Made by a program: the position numbers and the translations under genes. Below are positions 28,284-32,000 of a DNA stretch of 32,000 nucleotides, piece by piece (the stretch's first letter is position 1; each line of letters starts with the position of its first letter). Under the pieces are notes generated by a model, which saw only the letters and a program-made list of their open reading frames with translations, was not told where the DNA came from and made no database searches. The DNA is from Okeania sp. (lineage in GTDB: Bacteria; Cyanobacteriota; Cyanobacteriia; Cyanobacteriales; Microcoleaceae): positions 1 through 32,000 of the forward strand of contig NZ_JAYKGW010000129.1 of NCBI RefSeq assembly GCF_035285525.1, given 5' to 3'.

Positions 28284-28439
28284 ATGAGGTTTGCTATAAT
28301 ATTATCATCTGATTTATATAAAAAGTTGGAAATATGACCTAAACAACACGCAGAAAAGTACCCAGAGGTACGCCAATATTTAGCGATCAGGATATTGCCC
28401 GCCAAAAAGCTCAATAAAAATACCCTGGTGCATTATTGA
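28284..28439 (+). pseudogene. Small ribbon-helix-helix-like ORF with an in-frame TGA
   Basis: MRFAIILSSDLYKKLEI, then TGA at 28335-28337, then PKQHAEKYPEVRQYLAIRILPAKKLNKNTLVHY with a stop at 28437-28439, all in one frame. The RF.I.LS.DLY.KLE start resembles CopG/Arc-type antitoxins. Confidence 0.35.
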
Positions 28440-28479
28440 TGGCAATGTGCGTCAATGAAACAGGAGCAGTTGGAAAAAT

Positions 28480-28858
28480 ATGATTCAAGAATACTTTGGT
28501 GACAAAGGAGAGTTATTTTTTGAAATAGAGCTAATAGCTGCCGACGGTTCGAGAATAAATAATAGTTGATGCTCTGTTAGATACTGGTTTTACTGACTGG
28601 TTGGCAGTAGATACTCAAGATGTAGAAAGTCTAGGATGGTATTTTCAAGAACAAGAAGAAAAGCAGACAGCATTCAGAGTAGCAACTTTTAATTTGTACC
28701 AAGGTGCAGTTTGTTTTGATGATCAAGAAATCAAAGTTCCTGTTGTTGTTGGTGATGGAATACTAGATATTTTAATCGGTTTGTCTTGGCTGGAAAATCG
28801 GCGTTTGGTAGTAGATAGAAAAGCTGGTATCCTTACTTTGGAGAGCTTTTCAGATTAA
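28480..28858 (+). pseudogene. Retropepsin-like (clan AA) aspartic protease, frameshifted
   Basis: MIQEYFGDKGELFFEIELIAADGSRINNS stops at 28567-28569. The next frame continues IIVDALLDTGFTDWLAVDTQDVESLGW...ILIGLSWLENRRLVVDRKAGILTLE, with the DTG active-site motif. The shift lies within AATAAATAATAG (about 28555-28566). Confidence 0.6.
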
Positions 28859-28935
28859 TAGGACTTAGGTAGTACCGCTGCATTTGCTAAGGGAGTTTCA
28901 TGTCACGCAGCGAAATGCCATTCGCCCCTACAGCC

Positions 28936-29241
28936 TAACTATTGTCCAATAGATAAAGAAAACATCAATTTTGGAAAAATCAGCGATCGCTCCTTTTCAG
29001 TTATCAGCAAAACTGAAATGATTAATCAGCCAACTTTAACTATTGTCCAATAGATGAATAAAATATCAATCTCGGTGAAACCAGGGCACTTTTTGACACC
29101 TTAAAAATTCTAAAACCTTTATATATTAATACTTTAATCATTAATCACTCTACCCTAATGTAACTATTGTACAATAGATGAAAAAAACATCAACTATGGA
29201 AAAATCAGCGATCGCTCCTTTTCAGTTATCAGCAAAACTGA
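28936..29241. repeat. Three dispersed-direct repeat units, each starting with a 14-bp palindrome CTATTG-NN-CAATAG
   Basis: Palindromes lie at 28939-28952, 29040-29053 and 29164-29177; the third, CTATTGTACAATAG, is perfect. Units 1 and 3 share about 80 bp including a HIP1 site, while unit 2 shares only about 35 bp. Confidence 0.75.
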
Positions 29242-29304
29242 GCAGACAAAATTAAAATCCTTTACAACCGTTTTGGGTTAAGCTGAATGCTAAATGCTGA
29301 ATGC

Positions 29305-29554
29305 TTAAAGGCATAAATTATATTTACGACGTTGCGCTTCAGCAAATTCATCAAAAGAACTAAATCGACCATTTTCATCCATCATCTAATCCTTGCTGAA
29401 TAGCTTTAATAGCTGCTTCAGTATCGGCAGTTTCCCAGTCTAAAACTCTGGCAAGTCATTCACTGGCAACTACGGAAATGTCTTTTTCCTGTTGACTTCC
29501 TTTTTTCTAGAATCCTGCTTCTAATTCTGGTGTTAGGTTGATTGTAATTGACAT
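29305..29554 (-). pseudogene. Decayed small antitoxin-like ORF
   Basis: Read on the minus strand: MSITINLTPELEAGF, TAG, KKGSQQEKDISVVASE, TGA, LARVLDWETADTEAAIKAIQQGLDD, then a frameshift into MDENGRFSSFDEFAEAQRRKYNLCL. Confidence 0.5.
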
Positions 29555-29679
29555 AATATATTATTTTAACATAGCCCACTACTGTTATTCCATTGAGATA
29601 CTGATAACTGATAGCTGAAAAGTCAGGAAATTACAAGTATTCTTAACTAATATCAAAAGCAATTACTATTTTATTACTA

Positions 29680-29916
29680 TTAGGAAATATCCTCATCTTC
29701 CTCTAATAATTCTGCATAAAAAGTTTGCAGTACATCATTTAATTCTGCCTCCGGACAAGATGCAATTAACACATCAAAAACATCTAGCAACTTAGCAGCA
29801 GTTTCTCCCAAAGTTGGACTCATTCCTCAAACATCTTGCACCCAATCTTGAGGACGTTCCTTATCAAAAATTAAACGTTCTAATAATTGCTTGACTTCTT
29901 CTTTTGATACAGACAT
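29680..29916 (-). pseudogene. Small acidic protein ORF with an in-frame TGA at codon 30
   Basis: MSVSKEEVKQLLERLIFDKERPQDWVQDV, then TGA (29827-29829), then GMSPTLGETAAKLLDVFDVLIASCPEAELNDVLQTFYAELLEEDEDIS in the same frame. Confidence 0.5.
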
Positions 29917-30006
29917 AATTAAAATTTAAGCTAATAAAATTATCTCAATAATTATAGCAGTCAGTAAATTAAAATCTAGACTACAACCTGAATATACTAA
30001 CATATT

Positions 30007-30106
30007 ATGATTTACGCAAAGAAAATCGGTTTTTAGAATAAATTTTATATTCTCACAATAGATGTATACGAAAACCAGGTTTCTGGGTTCAGTGTGGGTA
30101 AGTCCT
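30007..30106. mobile_element. MITE copy (degenerate left end)
   Basis: ATGATTTACGCA at 30007 faces TGGGTAAGTCCT ending at 30106. The interior carries AAAACCAGGTTTCTGGGTTC. Confidence 0.55.
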
Positions 30107-30126
30107 GATATAATAATATTTACTCT

Positions 30127-30158
30127 TTTTTCCTTCTTTCTTCTTCCTTCTTCCTTCT
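30127..30158. repeat. Pyrimidine-rich heptamer array (complement of GAAGGAA)
   Basis: TTCCTTCTTTCTTCTTCCTTCTTCCTTC ends a few bases before the pgsA start codon. Confidence 0.7.
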
Positions 30159-30162
30159 AACG

Positions 30163-30681
30163 ATGAACATACCTAATTCAATAACCTTTTCTCGCCTACT
30201 CGGAATACCTATTATTTTTTACCTTCTCAAGACTCCAACTAACCAAAATCTTTGGATATGTTTAATTATCTTTTTAATTGCTGCAGCTACAGATTTTTTA
30301 GACGGTTATTTAGCACGACAACTTAACCAAATTACAGACCTAGGTAAATTTTTAGATCCTTTAGTCGATAAATTATTAGTTTTAACGCCCTTATTAGCAT
30401 TAATTGAATTAGGCAAAGTTCCAGCTTGGGGAGTATTTTTAATTTTAGGCAGGGAGCTAACTATAGCTGGTTGGCGCGTTAATCAAACCAAAATTTATGG
30501 AGCTAATATTTGGGGGAAATTAAAGACTGGAAGTCAAGTTATTGCTATTGCTTTATTAATTGCTCCTTTACCGGAAATTTGGCAAATTCCCACAATAATT
30601 ATGTTTTGGATTTCTGTTGCTTTAACAATAATTTCCGGGATAATTTATTTATTACCAAATCAAGAAACTAGCAATACATAA
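30163..30681 (+). CDS. pgsA: CDP-diacylglycerol--glycerol-3-phosphate 3-phosphatidyltransferase
   Basis: The CDP-alcohol phosphatidyltransferase motif is DFLDGYLARQLNQITDLGKFLDPLVDKL. The protein has multiple TM helices and a typical size of 172 aa. Confidence 0.85.
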   Translation: MNIPNSITFSRLLGIPIIFYLLKTPTNQNLWICLIIFLIAAATDFLDGYLARQLNQITDLGKFLDPLVDKLLVLTPLLALIELGKVPAWGVFLILGRELTIAGWRVNQTKIYGANIWGKLKTGSQVIAIALLIAPLPEIWQIPTIIMFWISVALTIISGIIYLLPNQETSNT

Positions 30682-30718
30682 GTTATATTTTTAAACTAAT
30701 TTTTCATATCTGGTCATA

Positions 30719-30810
30719 ATCAAAATTAAACCAGTAGAGGTTTGGTCTCCCAACCCACCCCATAAATCAAAATTAAACCAGTAGAAGTTTGGTCTCCCAA
30801 CCCCCCTCCA
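30719..30810. repeat. Direct tandem repeat, two units with 46-bp period
   Basis: AATCAAAATTAAACCAGTAGA.GTTTGGTCTCCCAACCC occurs at 30719-30757 and 30765-30803. Confidence 0.75.
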
Positions 30811-31062
30811 AACCCTCAAATAATAACTATATTTCAGTCAATATTTAATTGACTTTTCATGTAAATCTTCAGATATTAGCTAATATTAAAAATCATCCTT
30901 AATCTCAAATATAAAAAACTTTTTGAAGAATTTGGCTTGAAGCTAAAATTGATGTATAATCTAAACCATACTTTAATTAGTAATAGTATTTCTCAAGTTA
31001 CTGAGGTACAGTTGTTTTTCTGATCCCCTACTCCCTACTCCTTACTCCCTAAAATAAAATAA

Positions 31063-32000
31063 ATGAGTATATTCACACTTCAATCAGTCAAAAAAGATTT
31101 TGGCATCAAAGAAATATTAAAAGATGCCAGTTTCAGTTTAGACCCTAACGACAAAGTTGGTTTAATTGGTACAAATGGTTCGGGAAAATCAACCCTATTA
31201 AAAATGATTGCTGGTCTAGAACCTACAGATAGTGGTCAAATTTTAGTCAATCAAAATGTGAGGATTATTTATTTACCTCAACAACCAAATTTAGATGAAA
31301 ATAACACCGTATTAGAACAAGTTTTTGTCGATAGTGGCGAACAAATGGCATTGGTAAAAGAGTACGAAAAACTATCAGAAAAATTAGCTCATCATCCTGA
31401 AGATAATCAGTTAATGTCGCGTTTTTCAGAAGTAACTCAAAAAATGGATTCTACTAATGCTTGGGAATTAGAAACTAAGGCAAAAGTTATCCTGAGTAAA
31501 TTAGGAATCCAAGATTTTGAGGCTAAAGTTAGTAACTTATCCGGAGGTTATCGTAAACGAATTGCTTTAGCAACTGCTTTACTTGCGGAACCAGATGTTT
31601 TGTTAATGGATGAGCCAACAAACCATTTAGATGCTGCGTCTGTAGAATGGTTACAAAGTTACTTAAATACTTTTTCGGGAGCAATTTTATTAATTACTCA
31701 CGACCGTTATTTTCTGGATCGAGTTACTAACAAAATTATGGAAATAGATAGAGGGGATATTTTTATTTATTCTGGCAATTATTCTTACTATTTAGAAAAG
31801 AAAGCTTTAGCAGAAGAATCAATTGTTAGTTCTCAGAAGAAACATCAAGGTTTATTACGCCGAGAATTAGAATGGTTAAAACGGGGTCCGAAGGCTCGTA
31901 GCACTAAACAAAAAGCTAGGATTCAACGCATAGAAGAAATGCAAGGGAGAGAATTTAAAGAAGCATTAGGAAAGGTAGATATTTCTACTGCCGGTCGTCG
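31063..32000 (+). CDS. ABC-F family ATPase (Uup-like), 5' part only; runs off the window end
   Basis: MSIFTLQSVKKDFGIKEIL leads to Walker A GTNGSGKST, signature LSGGYRKR and Walker B LLMDEPTNHLD. The charged linker that follows (KKALAEESIVSSQKKHQGLLRRELEWLKRGPKARSTKQKARI) is typical of ABC-F. There is no membrane domain. It is absent from the ORF track because it has no stop in the window. Confidence 0.85.
   Translation, partial: MSIFTLQSVKKDFGIKEILKDASFSLDPNDKVGLIGTNGSGKSTLLKMIAGLEPTDSGQILVNQNVRIIYLPQQPNLDENNTVLEQVFVDSGEQMALVKEYEKLSEKLAHHPEDNQLMSRFSEVTQKMDSTNAWELETKAKVILSKLGIQDFEAKVSNLSGGYRKRIALATALLAEPDVLLMDEPTNHLDAASVEWLQSYLNTFSGAILLITHDRYFLDRVTNKIMEIDRGDIFIYSGNYSYYLEKKALAEESIVSSQKKHQGLLRRELEWLKRGPKARSTKQKARIQRIEEMQGREFKEALGKVDISTAGR

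Noticed and set aside
28116-28337. 73-aa ORF after pepN
   Set aside because: Its N-terminal two thirds run through the inverted palindromic element at 28199-28240. Only the last 17 codons (from ATG 28284) look like a gene start, and these are treated separately as the RHH-like pseudogene.
28936-29241. Possible CRISPR-like or iteron/origin array
   Set aside because: There are only three copies with irregular spacing (101 and 124 bp). The supposed spacers of units 1 and 3 are homologous to each other. There are no DnaA-box clusters or rep genes nearby.

Overview
This is an AT-rich segment (roughly mid-30s % GC by eye) that looks like chromosome from a filamentous, Nostocales-type cyanobacterium. 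The basis is about 18 copies of the HIP1 octamer GCGATCGC, many heptamer STRR-like arrays, GTAGGG...CCCTAC hairpins, and at least eight copies of one MITE family with AGGACTTACGCA termini. Intact genes, in order: a TPR-CHAT protease, two Uma2 nucleases, a tandem pair of FHA-FHA-ABC half-transporters, PBP4/DacB, a TIGR00266/AIM24-family protein, a DUF1460 amidase-like protein, CbiX, a flavoprotein-SelD fusion, a DUF89/ARMT1 phosphatase, an M1 aminopeptidase with a HEAT-repeat tail, PgsA, and a partial ABC-F ATPase. Two stretches (628-3686 and 28284-29916) are graveyards of small accessory genes: an Rpn remnant, BrnT/BrnA, an RHH protein, a retropepsin-like protease and antitoxin-like ORFs. These are broken by frameshifts in homopolymer runs and by in-frame stops, five of which are TGA. 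I found no rRNA, tRNA, CRISPR array, intact transposase or phage genes. I cannot support a clear-cut novel multi-gene system. The best candidates for follow-up are the FHA-ABC paralog pair, the TPR-CHAT conflict-type island with its chimeric BrnA / membrane-tail ORF, the repeat array that supplies the 3' end of the SelD fusion, and a triple palindrome-bearing repeat at 28.9-29.2 kb. All family assignments come from motif recognition by eye; no searches were run.
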